Assembly: GCF_009914755.1 (NCBI RefSeq)
Contig: NC_060944.1
DNA length: 64,000 nt
Direction: 5' to 3' (one strand)
DNA from: the human T2T-CHM13v2.0 reference genome, Homo sapiens
Numbering within the stretch: the stretch's first letter is position 1; every line of letters begins with the position of its first letter. The notes beneath the pieces are model-generated. The model had not been told where the DNA came from, did no database searches, and saw nothing but the letters and a program-made list of their open reading frames with translations. Position numbers and translations under genes: made by a program. Shown one piece after another: positions 42,442 through 58,394 of this stretch.

Positions 42442-42837
42442 CTGTAAGAATCAGGAAAAAAAGTTCAGTTAATTTTTATAATCTTATTCTGAATCACTCA
42501 CAGTAACAATAAGTATGTGAGGTGTACAATCTGGATGTAAAATGTGAGTTGACAGGTCATTACAGGGTTAGAAAGCCTGACCAATTCAGAGAATATTTAA
42601 TCATATCAAACCTGAGTTCTTCAAGTCAAATTAATATTTGTATTCTCTAGACTCCATTCTATGAAATTGATCATTAGTAGAGTCCATAAAAATCTCAATA
42701 TGCAGCCTTCTAACTTCTAGTATTGATGCACTAATGCTGACTCTCCAAATACAATGCTTACTATTCATTTTTTCCAAGTTAGTTAATTTCCCCAGATGGG
42801 AGAACGAATTTAGATTTTCTAACAAAGGTTAACTTAC

Positions 42838-42897
42838 TTTGTTATGTATTCCTTCATCTCAGCCACAGATGCTTCCAAAGAAAAATCTGATGCTTTT
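42838..42897 (-). CDS. DSN1: DSN1 exon 7 (60 nt; KASDFSLEASVAEMKEYITK)
   Basis: ctgttttccag|AAAAGC ... ACAAA|gtaagt. Confidence 0.96.
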
Positions 42898-42965
42898 CTG
42901 GAAAACAGATAGGATTATGACATAAATCTTTCAAGAAATATTTGCTTTAATATAATCGCTTATAA

Positions 42966-43148
<183 letters not shown>

Positions 43149-43206
43149 TAGAGGTGGGGTTTCTCCATGTTGGTCAGGCTGGTCTCAAACTCCCGACCTC
43201 AGGTGA

Positions 43207-43422
<216 letters not shown>

Positions 43423-43760
43423 TAGCTAATTTTTGTATTTTTAGTAGAGACGGGGTTTCACTATGTTGGCCAGGCTGGTCTCAAACTCCTGACCTCATGA
43501 TCCATCCACCTCAGCCTCCCAAAGTGCTGGGATTACAGGCGTGAGCCACCACACCCAGCCTTTTATTTATTTACTTTTAGTAGAGATGGAGTCTCGCCAT
43601 GTTGCCCAGGTCTCAAACTCCTGGGCTCAAGTGATCCTCCCACCTTGGTCTCCCAAAATGCTCAGATTACAGGTGGGAGCCACCATGCCCAGAATCCCTT
43701 ACATAATTTTTGTCTTTCAAAAAATACTTAATGTTGGACTCTATTTCACTTTTCCACTAG

Positions 43761-43968
<208 letters not shown>

Positions 43969-44282
43969 TAGCCAGGATGGTTTCGATCTCCTGACCTCGT
44001 GATCCGCCCGCCTCGGCCTCCCAAACTGCTGGGATTACAAGCATGAGCCACTGTGCCGGGCTTGCACTAGGTAATAGCTTTCTAAGCTGTAGGTAATAAA
44101 TAGCTAGGTAATAGCTTTCTAAGTGGTCTCTTTATATTCTGTTTCTCTTATCAATTCCAATTCACATCATGGCCAGATTAACCTTTCTTAAAATATTTCT
44201 CTAATTTCTTTTTCTCGTTGCTTAAAAACTCTGTGACTCTCAGCCAGGCGTGGTGGCTCACGACCGTAATCCCAGCAGTCTA

Positions 44283-44598
<316 letters not shown>

Positions 44599-45066
44599 TT
44601 AACCTGGCACTTAAGGCTCTCTGTGTTCTGGTACCGTCCAGCTTACCAACTTTGATTCCTACTGTTACCCAATGGCTTAAATGAGTGGGGTAATTAATTC
44701 TTATGAAAAAGAAGCAGGCCTGAAAATGCCAAAATATTTTATATGTACTTGGTATTCTACCTCGCAAAAACAAATTATTTGTGCCACCATTCAGGTTTTT
44801 TTCTAGAAAAGCCTGAGACACACAGCCATTACCACCTCTGGCTAAGAAACACTAGCCTGTGCTAAAATATACTGCATTAAAAATAGGCCCGGTGTGGTGG
44901 TTCACGCCTCTAATCCTAGCACTTTGGGAGGCCAGGAAGGGTGGATCACCTGAGGTTAGGAGTTCGAGACCAGTCTAGACAATACGGTGAAACCCTGCCT
45001 CTACTAAAAATACAAAAATTAGTTGGGCGTGGTGGCAGGTGCCTGTAATCCTAGCTACTCGGGTTA

Positions 45067-45168
<102 letters not shown>

Positions 45169-45822
45169 TCAAAAAACAAACAAAAAAAGAGATGCTACTT
45201 TAAACTAAAATGTTTTTCATTTCCTGTCTAGCAATGTCAATCCTAAAGACCTTTGTGAAGTCAAAACCTAAAGTTCATGATGTAAGCCCAAGTGAAGTGA
45301 CTTGTTGCTGGGTGGAAATTAGGGTGTTAAGGATGTTAGTCTCACCCCTACAGAGGAAGTACCAGTTTTGGGGGTAGTTTTAAATTTCTGCTAATATTCA
45401 AGAGCCATGTTCTTTGGCTCTTGGCAAGGTAGCAAAGATGTGAATTATGTTTTTCCCCTCATCTTTTCATGGCTGGTTCCTTCTCACCATTCATATCTTA
45501 CAGGTTTCAAGCCCAAGGTCAAATCATTAGAGGTCTCTGAACACTCCAGCTAAAGTTGCCCACCCCCTCAAGTCATGATTATATTTACTGACCTAGATTA
45601 TCGCTGAGTCATTATTTCCCATATATTTGTTTATTGTGTCTTCTATTATAATGTATGACAAAAGAGACCTTGCTTCACTTGTCATTATATCACCAGCATC
45701 TAAAAGAGCCTGGTACATAAGACGCTGAATCCGCTGGGTGTGGGGGCTCATGGCTGTAATCCCAGCACTTTGGGAGGCAGAGGCAGGAGGATCGCTTGAG
45801 CCCAGGAGTTCTAAAGGCCTCA

Positions 45823-45918
<96 letters not shown>

Positions 45919-46125
45919 TCACCTGAGGTTAGGAGTTCAAGACCAACCTGGCCAACATGGTGAAACTTCATCTCTAGAAAAATACAAAAAATAAGAACAG
46001 GCAGGATGGCTCACACCTATAATCTCAGCACTTTGGGAGGCTAAGTAGGGCGAATTACTTGAGGTCAGGAGCTCGAGACCAGCCTGGCCAGCATGGTGAA
46101 ACCCCCATCTCCCCCATCCCTACTA

Positions 46126-46626
<501 letters not shown>

Positions 46627-46740
46627 TAATCCGCCCACCTCGGCCTCCCAAAGTGCTGGGATTACAGGCCTGAGCCACCAACGCCCGGCCTAAAGTCCTA
46701 ATTCAATCATAATTTAGGACAGAAGGGGAACTGCTCTTAC

Positions 46741-46828
46741 CCATTTGAATCTTCAAAACATTTTTGTAGAGTTCCATCAGTTTCCAGTCCGTCTGCAAAA
46801 TGTTTCAATTCTTCAGAAAGAGAAGATG
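46741..46828 (-). CDS. DSN1: DSN1 exon 6 (88 nt; ASSLSEELKHFADGLETDGTLQKCFEDSNG)
   Basis: gctgtctag|CATCTTC ... AATGG|gtaaga. Confidence 0.96.
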
Positions 46829-47017
46829 CTAGACAGCACAAATTTACGTGTCATAAAATAAAGGAAATATACGTTTTCATAGTGAGATGCTGACAAAGGT
46901 ATATTAAGGTAGTCTCAGCTCTAGGTACTGTTACATGTTGGTCCTCAAGCCCACCCAAAAGTGTGGAGTTAAGTATGTAGAAAGATTTTATCTTTTTTTT
47001 CTGGTAGGTATAGATAA

Positions 47018-47197
<180 letters not shown>

Positions 47198-47464
47198 TAA
47201 ATTTTGTATTTTCTGTGGAAATGGGGTTTTACCATGTTGTCTAGGCTGGTCTCCAGTTCCTTGGCTCCAGCGATTCGCCTGCCTCAGCTTCCCAAAGTCC
47301 TGGGATTGTAGGCGTAAGCCACTGTGCCCAGCCTTTATGACATTTATGATAAATGTTTCTATAAATGAACTGTGAAAAAGCAGTTTAAAAGGTATATCTG
47401 AGGCTGGGCGGGGTGGCTCACACCTGCAATCCCAGCACTTTGGGAGGCCAAGGCAGGCATATCA

Positions 47465-47768
<304 letters not shown>

Positions 47769-48058
47769 TTATGGGCATAGCCGGGCATAGTGCTTGTAGT
47801 TCCAGCTACTTAGGAGGATTGCTTGAGCCCAGCACAGCTTGAGCAACATAGTGAAACCCCATCTCTTTATTAGAAAAAAAGAAAACCAGGCTGGGTGCAG
47901 TGGCTCATGCCTATAATCCCAGCACTTTGGGAGGCCAAGGCGGGCAGATCACGAGGTCAAGAGATCAACACCATCCTGGCCAACATGGTGAAACCCCATC
48001 TCTACTAAAAATACAAAAATTAGCTGGGCGTGGTTGCGCATGCCTGTTGTCCCAGCTA

Positions 48059-48355
<297 letters not shown>

Positions 48356-48829
48356 TTAGCTGGGTGTGGTGGCACATGCCTATAGTTCCAGCTACTTGGG
48401 AGGCTGAGGAAGGAGAAATGCTTGAGCCTAGGAGATCAAGGCTACAGTTAACTGTGATCATGCCAGTGTACTCCAGCCTGGGCAACAGAGCGAGATCCTG
48501 TCTCAAAAAAAAAAAAAAATTATGGGCGTAAGGTTAAAAACAGGCCTCTGCTAGACTTGAAGAGTCCACTACTACATTCAGGTGAAGAACACTAAGGGGA
48601 AAGGCTATGTTAATTAGTTATCAGGATAATCCTAGCATATCTACTTTAATTAAGGTGATGGTACAATTCTGAGATAAACAATTTTAACTGGCAAGTAAGC
48701 CCAAGTTCATGTATTTTCTAGATCTTTTAAGTGGGTAAACTTGAGTATTTCTGACCCTGGATAAGTGTATATTTACACTATTAGCAGAATAGGTACTTCC
48801 TAGAAAGTTCAATCATTAGTATTTTATTT

Positions 48830-50660
<1,831 letters not shown>

Positions 50661-51053
50661 AAAAGTAGGGGGCTGGGCACAGTGGCTCATGCCTGTAATC
50701 CCAGCACTTTGGGAGGCCAAGGTGGGCAGATCACTGAGGTCAGGAGTTCAAGATCAGCCTGGCCAACATGGTGAAACCTCTTCCCTACTAAAAATACAAA
50801 AATTAGCCAGGTGTGGTGGCTCCCAGCTACTCGGGGGGCTCAGGCAGGAGAATTGGTTGAACCCAGGAGGCAGAGGCTGCAGTGAGCCAAGATCACCCTA
50901 CTGCACTCCAGTCTGGGCAAGAGTGAGACTCTGTCTAAAAAACAAAAGGTGGGGGAGCTAGTTTTATAAGGGAGCAGCTTCTGTAAATGGGGATGCTGTG
51001 AGCAAAGCTTTGACTGCCCAGGGTCAAAGCTCACTCATCTGTTAGCAACTTAC

Positions 51054-51126
51054 CTTTGGCTCTAAAACTTTCAAGACTGAAGCCCTTAGTGTCCCTTAGG
51101 AAAGGTTCAAGTTTCTGAATAGAGAA
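51054..51126 (-). CDS. DSN1: DSN1 exon 5 (73 nt; FSIQKLEPFLRDTKGFSLESFRAK)
   Basis: ttctttatttag|TTCTCT ... GCCAAAG|gtaagt. Confidence 0.96.
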
Positions 51127-51263
51127 CTAAATAAAGAAAAGCATTTTTAGTACAACCACCAAAAACTTCCAGGCCAGTCCTAAATTTATGTCATTTTATG
51201 ATGTTTAATAAATATGAAACTAAATACTAAATATGATGTAATTTTTACACATAAGACTTTTCA

Positions 51264-51683
<420 letters not shown>

Positions 51684-51716
51684 TTATTTAATTCACACAA
51701 ATTACCTGCTTATCTA

Positions 51717-52200
<484 letters not shown>

Positions 52201-52253
52201 TCACAATAGCAGTTAACAAACACAAAAACATTTCCTAGTTATAAGAACCTTAC

Positions 52254-52327
52254 CTGGAAACTGGAAAGCAGGAGACAGCCAAGCCGTTTGCTTTCTGCTA
52301 AATCGACACTGATAGACCGGCTGAGCT
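52254..52327 (-). CDS. DSN1: DSN1 exon 4 (74 nt; ELSRSISVDLAESKRLGCLLLSSFQ)
   Basis: ttttatgttag|AGCTCAGC ... TTCCAG|gtaagg; frame continuous with exon 3. Confidence 0.96.
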
Positions 52328-54185
52328 CTAACATAAAACATAGCCACATTTAAGGAGCTGGATAGTTACATAGTTAGCAACTAACAAAACTGAAAAATGT
52401 CCTCCCTCTTGATAAATCCAACTTAAGGCAAGAACAGCCTTCTTTAGTTAAAGACAGAATTCTAATTTTTGCAGGATCACTGAGGAATGAAGTTTACCCA
52501 TTTGTTCATCTAAACTTAAAAAAAAAAAAGTTATAAGAATCTTTGTATTGGGCAGGTACGATGCTCATGCCTATAGTCCCAACACTCTGGGGCCGAGGCA
52601 TGGGATCACTTGAGACCACGAGCTGGAGACTAGTCTGGACAACATGGTGAAATCCCGTCTCTACTAAAAACAGAAAAATTAGCCAGGAGTGGTGGCATGC
52701 GCCTGTAATCCCAGCTACTCCAGAGGCTGAGGCATGAGAATCAAAAGGGCTCAGGAGGCGGAGGCTGCAGTGAGCCAAGAGGTTGCAGTAGCTGAGATTA
52801 CAGGCATGCGCCACCACACCCAGGTAATTTTTTGTATTTTTAGTAGAGACAGGGTTTCCCCATGTTGGCCAGGCTGGTCTTGAACTCCTGGCCTCAAGTG
52901 ATCTGCCTGCCTTGGCCTTCCAAAGTGCTGGGATTACAGGTGGGAGCCACTGTGCCTGGCCACATCTGAGCTTTTTTATAGGACAGGCACTGCAATGTGC
53001 TTTAAACACTCTGTACTGTATACTATAAGAAGAGTACTATTATAAAGTTCCATTTTACAAATGGGAAAACTGCAGCTCTGAGGGGAAATGACTTGCTTGA
53101 GGCCAGAAACTGGAAATCGGTGGAGCCAGAATTCAAACCCAAGTCTCTCACCGATATCTGTGTTTTTCCCTCTATTACCACACTGCCTCTCTATAATGAC
53201 CTCATAATAGCATTAATAACTAACATTTGTTGAACACTTGCTATATAAAAAGCATTTTATGAAATGCTATATACGTATTTCATTAAACCTTGAGGCAAGT
53301 ATCCTATGAATTCCATTCAGATAACAGATAATGACACAGGCACAAAGTAATAGGTCACTTGCCCAAGGTCATAGAGTGAGTTATTAGACTGAATTGGGTG
53401 AGCATTTTACATAATTATGCAACTGAATCCCTAACCAATCGCAAGATGTAGATACCGTTTTTTAAAATTATGTCCACTTGTAAACAATTACTACATAGCA
53501 AAGGAATTTTGCTTTGTGAATTATGAGAGCTACATGTCTTTTTGCCCTCTAGCTTCAGCTGGTTGTGTTTTTAAAGTTCTTGTCTCTTAATTGTCACTGC
53601 TGTTAGTCAAGAAAAACAGGATACTTTCTGCCTATAACCAAGGAAACCTGACAGGTTGCCAGAAATAACCAGGCAAGAACCAATCTTATTACACTGATGC
53701 TTTTCTGTTTAAGTCTAAATACTCCGGCATAGAGCTAAAGGTAGGGCTAATCTTGGGATGCACTGATGTTTTCTCAGCACATTTAGGGACTAAAGTACAT
53801 GGGCCTTGTGGCAGCAATTTTCTGATGTGCTAAGTGCCTATCTTTACCCAGATTTCCTTCTGTGCATCAGACCACTTGGAAATAGGACGATACCTTAAAA
53901 CTAATCACAGTAGCTTAACATTTCAGGGCTTACTATGTCCCAAGTACTGTGTTATGTAAGATAGGTACTATTTCATCTCCAAGTTGCTGATGAGGACCTT
54001 AAGACAAAGAAGGTTAAGTAATTTACTCAACATCACAGAGCTAGTATAGTCTTCCTGAAATATGCAAGCTTTTCCACGTTATGTTCTGTACTTTGATGCT
54101 AAGATATAGTTACTATTGTAAATTCACACAAAATGACACAAATCACGTTCTGTATAGCATCCCTAAAAACTGTTTTTCACTGTAG

Positions 54186-54188
<3 letters not shown>

Positions 54189-54227
<39 letters not shown>

Positions 54228-54344
54228 AGAGAGAGACAGAGAGAGAAAGAAAGTGAGGCGGGGGTGGGTGGGGTGCAGGGAGGGAAGAGGGAAGGGAGAG
54301 GGGTGGGGTGCAGGGAGGGAGGAGGGAAGAGAGAGGGGATAGGG
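54189..54344 (+). repeat. Compound (CA)18-(GA)n microsatellite followed by a G-rich tract
   Basis: CA 54189-54224, GA to ~54246, multiple GGG/GGGG runs 54256-54344. Confidence 0.95.
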
Positions 54345-55084
54345 AAAAAGAGACAAAGTTTTTTAGAGACAGGGGTCTTACTTTGTCACCCAGGATAGAT
54401 TGAGTGGCGCAATCATAGCTCACTGCCTTCTTGAATTCCTGGGCCCAAGTGATCCTCTTGCCTCAGCCTCTCTCCAGTAGCTGGGACTACAGGTACGTGC
54501 CACCATGCCCTGCTATTTTTTTAAAAACTTTTTGTAGAGATGGGGTTTTGCCATCTTGCCTAGGTTGTCCTCAAACTCCTGGACTCAAGCAATCCTCCTG
54601 CCTCCCAAAGTGCTGGGATTATAGGCATGAGGCACCGTGCCTGGCCCACTCTAGATATTTGTATGTGCATCTTCCCTCTGAGGTATTTCCAGTTATAAAG
54701 GCTAAAATCAGGTATCAACCCAACTATCTTCTGCTCCACTTTAGGGTATGAGACAGAAAACCACAGAAAGAAATCTTTAATGTTTCTCACCCTAGCAGAG
54801 GTGAGTATTGAACAATTAGAAATTTATTTGTGGCAGCTAATAATATAATATAAGTAGTAAGCCAGGTGCAGTGGCTCACGCCTGTAGTCCCAGCTACTTG
54901 GGAGGCTGAAGTGGGAGGATTGCTTGAGCCCAGAAGTTCAAGTCCAGCCTAGACAAAACAGCAACATCCTGTCTCTTAAAAAGAAATAGCAGTAATACTG
55001 AACATTTACTAGGTGTTTGACATCAGTACTTATAAAGTAGCAAGTCATGTCTATTCTCCCACACTTTCTGCCATACCTCACTGC

Positions 55085-55128
55085 CTCTTATCTGAGCTGG
55101 AACCTGTCTCTTATCTGAGCTGGAACCT
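55085..55128 (+). repeat. Tandem duplication of CTCTTATCTGAGCTGGAACCT (21 nt x2, period 23)
   Basis: Identical copies at 55085-55105 and 55108-55128. Confidence 0.95.
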
Positions 55129-55155
55129 CACTGTCTTGTGTACACAGCACCCCAC

Positions 55156-55476
55156 CTGTGATGCCCTGGTGAATGGGATGCAGCGACTTCCGCCGGTTCG
55201 TTTCTTTCATACTTGCTCGCCGCCAGGATTGCCTCCTGTCTTGATAACTGGCAGATTGTTCTTGAGGAGACAAATGAAGGGACTTCGACTGAAGTCTTTC
55301 CTGGTGGCTGAGATCACAATTTCCCCCTTTTTTAGGGCTAGAGCCAAGGTGAATTCTTTCCTCTGAAACGCCTTGATTCATCTCCAGGGAGGCAGATGTT
55401 TTAGCAAACACTTCCACAGGACTGAGACTTGATTCCAATTGATGATCATGAGTCTTAGACATCACTGGTCCTTTTT
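55156..55476 (-). CDS. DSN1: DSN1 exon 3 (321 nt; EKGPVMSKTHDHQ...WRRASMKETNRRKSLHPIHQGIT)
   Basis: Acceptor aatactag|AAAAAGG; donor ACAG|gtgggg; overlaps ORF 55088..55465. Contains the RRAS(100) and RRKS(109) Aurora B sites. Confidence 0.97.
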
Positions 55477-55707
55477 CTAGTATTTGTTATAAAAAAGTCA
55501 AAATACAAGATCAAGCCCGCCACAACTATTTGTGCAAAAAAGTGGAAAAAGTAAATGTATGCCCCTAGATCGTGGAAACATAAAGAAAGCATCTCTGCAA
55601 ATAATGAGTATGTGATTCCAAATCTACCAGGAGCCAGGAAAGATTTGGGTATAGCTCAGAAGCCTGAACCCAAGGTAAGAGGTACTGAATTTCACTACAA
55701 TACTTAC

Positions 55708-55741
55708 CATCTATGATCTCTGATCTAGTCACTGAAGTCAT
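55708..55741 (-). CDS. DSN1: DSN1 exon 2, coding part (MTSVTRSEIID + 1 nt); whole exon 55708-55756
   Basis: Acceptor cctattttcag|AGTTTACC; ATG at 55741-55739; donor GATG|gtaagt; 34 coding nt. Confidence 0.96.
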
Positions 55742-56183
55742 CCTAGGTGGTAAACTCTGAAAATAGGAAAATGGAAGTGATCTGTTCTTCACGTTTCACT
55801 GCAGTCTCAATGGGGCTTTACAGCCCCAGAATAAATAGGCCGTGTGCTTTCCAGCCTCTCTGAGCTACCCTTATCCACCTCCCTGACAGAGAATATCAGC
55901 AGGGGCCATCACCTCCTCTTCTGAATTTCTATACACTTTATTGCTAGAAATATTCAAATCTCCCTGAACACATACCCTACCTTACTTCCCAGTTACTTTG
56001 TGTTTAACTAGTCCCTAATTCCATTGATGACATTATGGTCTACCTGGTCTTCCAAACTAGAAAAACCACATCATCCATTACTTCTTATTCTTAGTTCTCC
56101 AGATCCAAAGTCCTAACTGTTTTATAAACAGTCTCTAAATCTTTTCTCCATTCTCACTGTTACTAGTTTATTTATTATTTTGA

Positions 56184-56291
<108 letters not shown>

Positions 56292-56534
56292 TAGCTGGGA
56301 TTACAGGAATGCACCACCATACCTGGCTAATTTTTGCATTTTTAGTAGAGATGGGGTTTCCCCATGTTGGCCAGGCTGGTCTCAAACTCCTGGCCTCAAG
56401 TGATCCACCAGCCTAGGCCTCCCAAAGTCTGGGATTACAGGCGTGAGCCACCACGCCCAGCCTCACTGTTACTAGTTTAGTTCAGGTCTCATAATTTCTG
56501 GTCCCTCCCACTATCTTAATAGTCTCTCCACTAG

Positions 56535-56696
<162 letters not shown>

Positions 56697-57742
56697 TGAG
56701 TAGCTGGGATTACAGGTGCCTGCCACCACACCTGGCTAATTTTTGTATTTTTAGTAGCGATGGGGTTTCCCCATATTGGCCAGGCTGGTCTCGAACTCTT
56801 GACCTCAGGTGATCCGCCCGGCCTCAGCCTCCCAAAGTGCTGGGATTACAGGCCTGAGCCACCACACCCGGCCCAGTCTATTCTTCAGACAGTTGCCGGG
56901 ACTTTTCCAAAGTGTAGTCAACACCTCAGGTAAACTAGTCCCAATTTACCCATTCCTGCTCTCTCCTCCCAGTCCTATTCCCTGTACTACTTCTGAATCT
57001 TTGCACATATCTGTCCTTCTACCTGTTAAACTTATTCATCCTTCCCAACCTGGCTCAAATATGAAGCTTTCACATCACTTATCTTTGGCAGAGTTGGTGG
57101 TTATGCCCCTTGGCCTTCGTAGCATTGGCTATAAAATCTGTTTACATGTCTGTCTCCCCAGCCAGGCTGTATTTGTATTCCTAGTGACTGTCAGGAACAA
57201 CTGCCTGGAAGGCAGGGATGTCACCTAGGCATCTCTTCATCGTCCCCTCCCTCCCAGCAGAAATCTGTCTGTGGGGGGTGCTAAGTAAAAAGATATGAAT
57301 ATATGCAGAGGGACAAAAAGGAAAAGATAACAAGGAGGGCTCGGTCAAGGATCTGAATCCCCCACGGTCCTTATGACAATATCACACAAATCCAGGCTTG
57401 GATAATAACGACTGTATCACACAGATCCAGGCTTAGAAAAGCAACAACTGTCAACTGTTAAACGCTTATTCTGTGCTAGGACCTGTGCTATGTAAGCGCT
57501 TTACTTGCATCGTTATTCCACTTAATCCCTTCCACAACTCCGTAAGCACCATTAACTCCACTTTGCAGACAGGGGAACTGAGGTTCAGAGGGGCAAAAAG
57601 CCTGGCCCAAGCTTGTGACACAGCCAGCCTGGGGGCACAGGGGCAATTCGAACCCCAGCCCTCTACCCAGTCCTCACCCCTGTTTCTGGAGCCTAGACCC
57701 CTGGCACGGCAGATACGTCTCTAATGGGGTCGGTAAGGGGGA

Positions 57743-57786
57743 CTGCCCTCGGGTTTCATTTCACCCGGGAGGAGGTCGCAGCGCCC
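57743..57786 (+). repeat. 44-bp perfect direct repeat, copy 1 (copy 2 at 58631-58674); diverged similarity continues ~70 bp further
   Basis: CTGCCCTCGGGTTTCATTTCACCCGGGAGGAGGTCGCAGCGCCC is identical at both positions, offset 888 bp. Confidence 0.97.
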
Positions 57787-57945
57787 TCGGGGACCCCCAG
57801 TGTCCACGGTCGGGGCCGGGGCTGCGGCGGGTCGAGCTGGGCCGACGGGTACGACGCCGAAGAGATTAGTGCGGCGGCGGGCGGGGCCACATCAGAGGAC
57901 AAGTCTGTGACTTCCTGACGCCCGTCCAGTCCGGAACCTCCGTAC

Positions 57946-58050
57946 CTGAAACACAAGGCCACGGGTCGCTCTCCACAGCCCCAGGTCACTCCTGGACGCC
58001 TTGCGCACCCGCAGCCGATACTCCCTGATCAGGGTGAAGCGGTCTCCACC
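57946..58050 (-). other. DSN1: DSN1 non-coding exon 1 (candidate; TSS approximate)
   Basis: Donor TTTCAG|gtacgg at 57946/57945 within the CpG island, upstream of the ATG-containing exon. Confidence 0.7.
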
Positions 58051-58394
58051 TTCTACGTCACGGTCACCGCCTCCGAAACTCCCGCCAACCAAGGGCGCAT
58101 GCGCGGCCGTCAGTTTCTCGGGCACGCGCGCGCAGAACGCCTGCCTCCGGCGATGCACATGCGTACACCGCCGCCCGACGCGCATGCGTACACCGCCGTC
58201 CAACGCTCCTGCCAGCTCCGCTCCTCTAGTCCAAGTCCTTTAGGTCCTGTCTGGCCACGTCACCACCTCCCCGCAACACCCCGCCCGGGAGTCCCTTTCC
58301 GGGACCCGCCACACTATCGTGTCCTTTTGCGCCCGACGGCCCCAGAGCCCATCTAAGATGGGGGAAACAGAGGCCCGGAGAGATTCTTGCCGGA

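Noticed and set aside
55565-55792. 75-aa ORF extending DSN1 upstream of MTSVTRS
   Set aside because: The extension crosses the exon 2 acceptor into intron 1 and the tail runs into intron 2; only 34 nt are coding.
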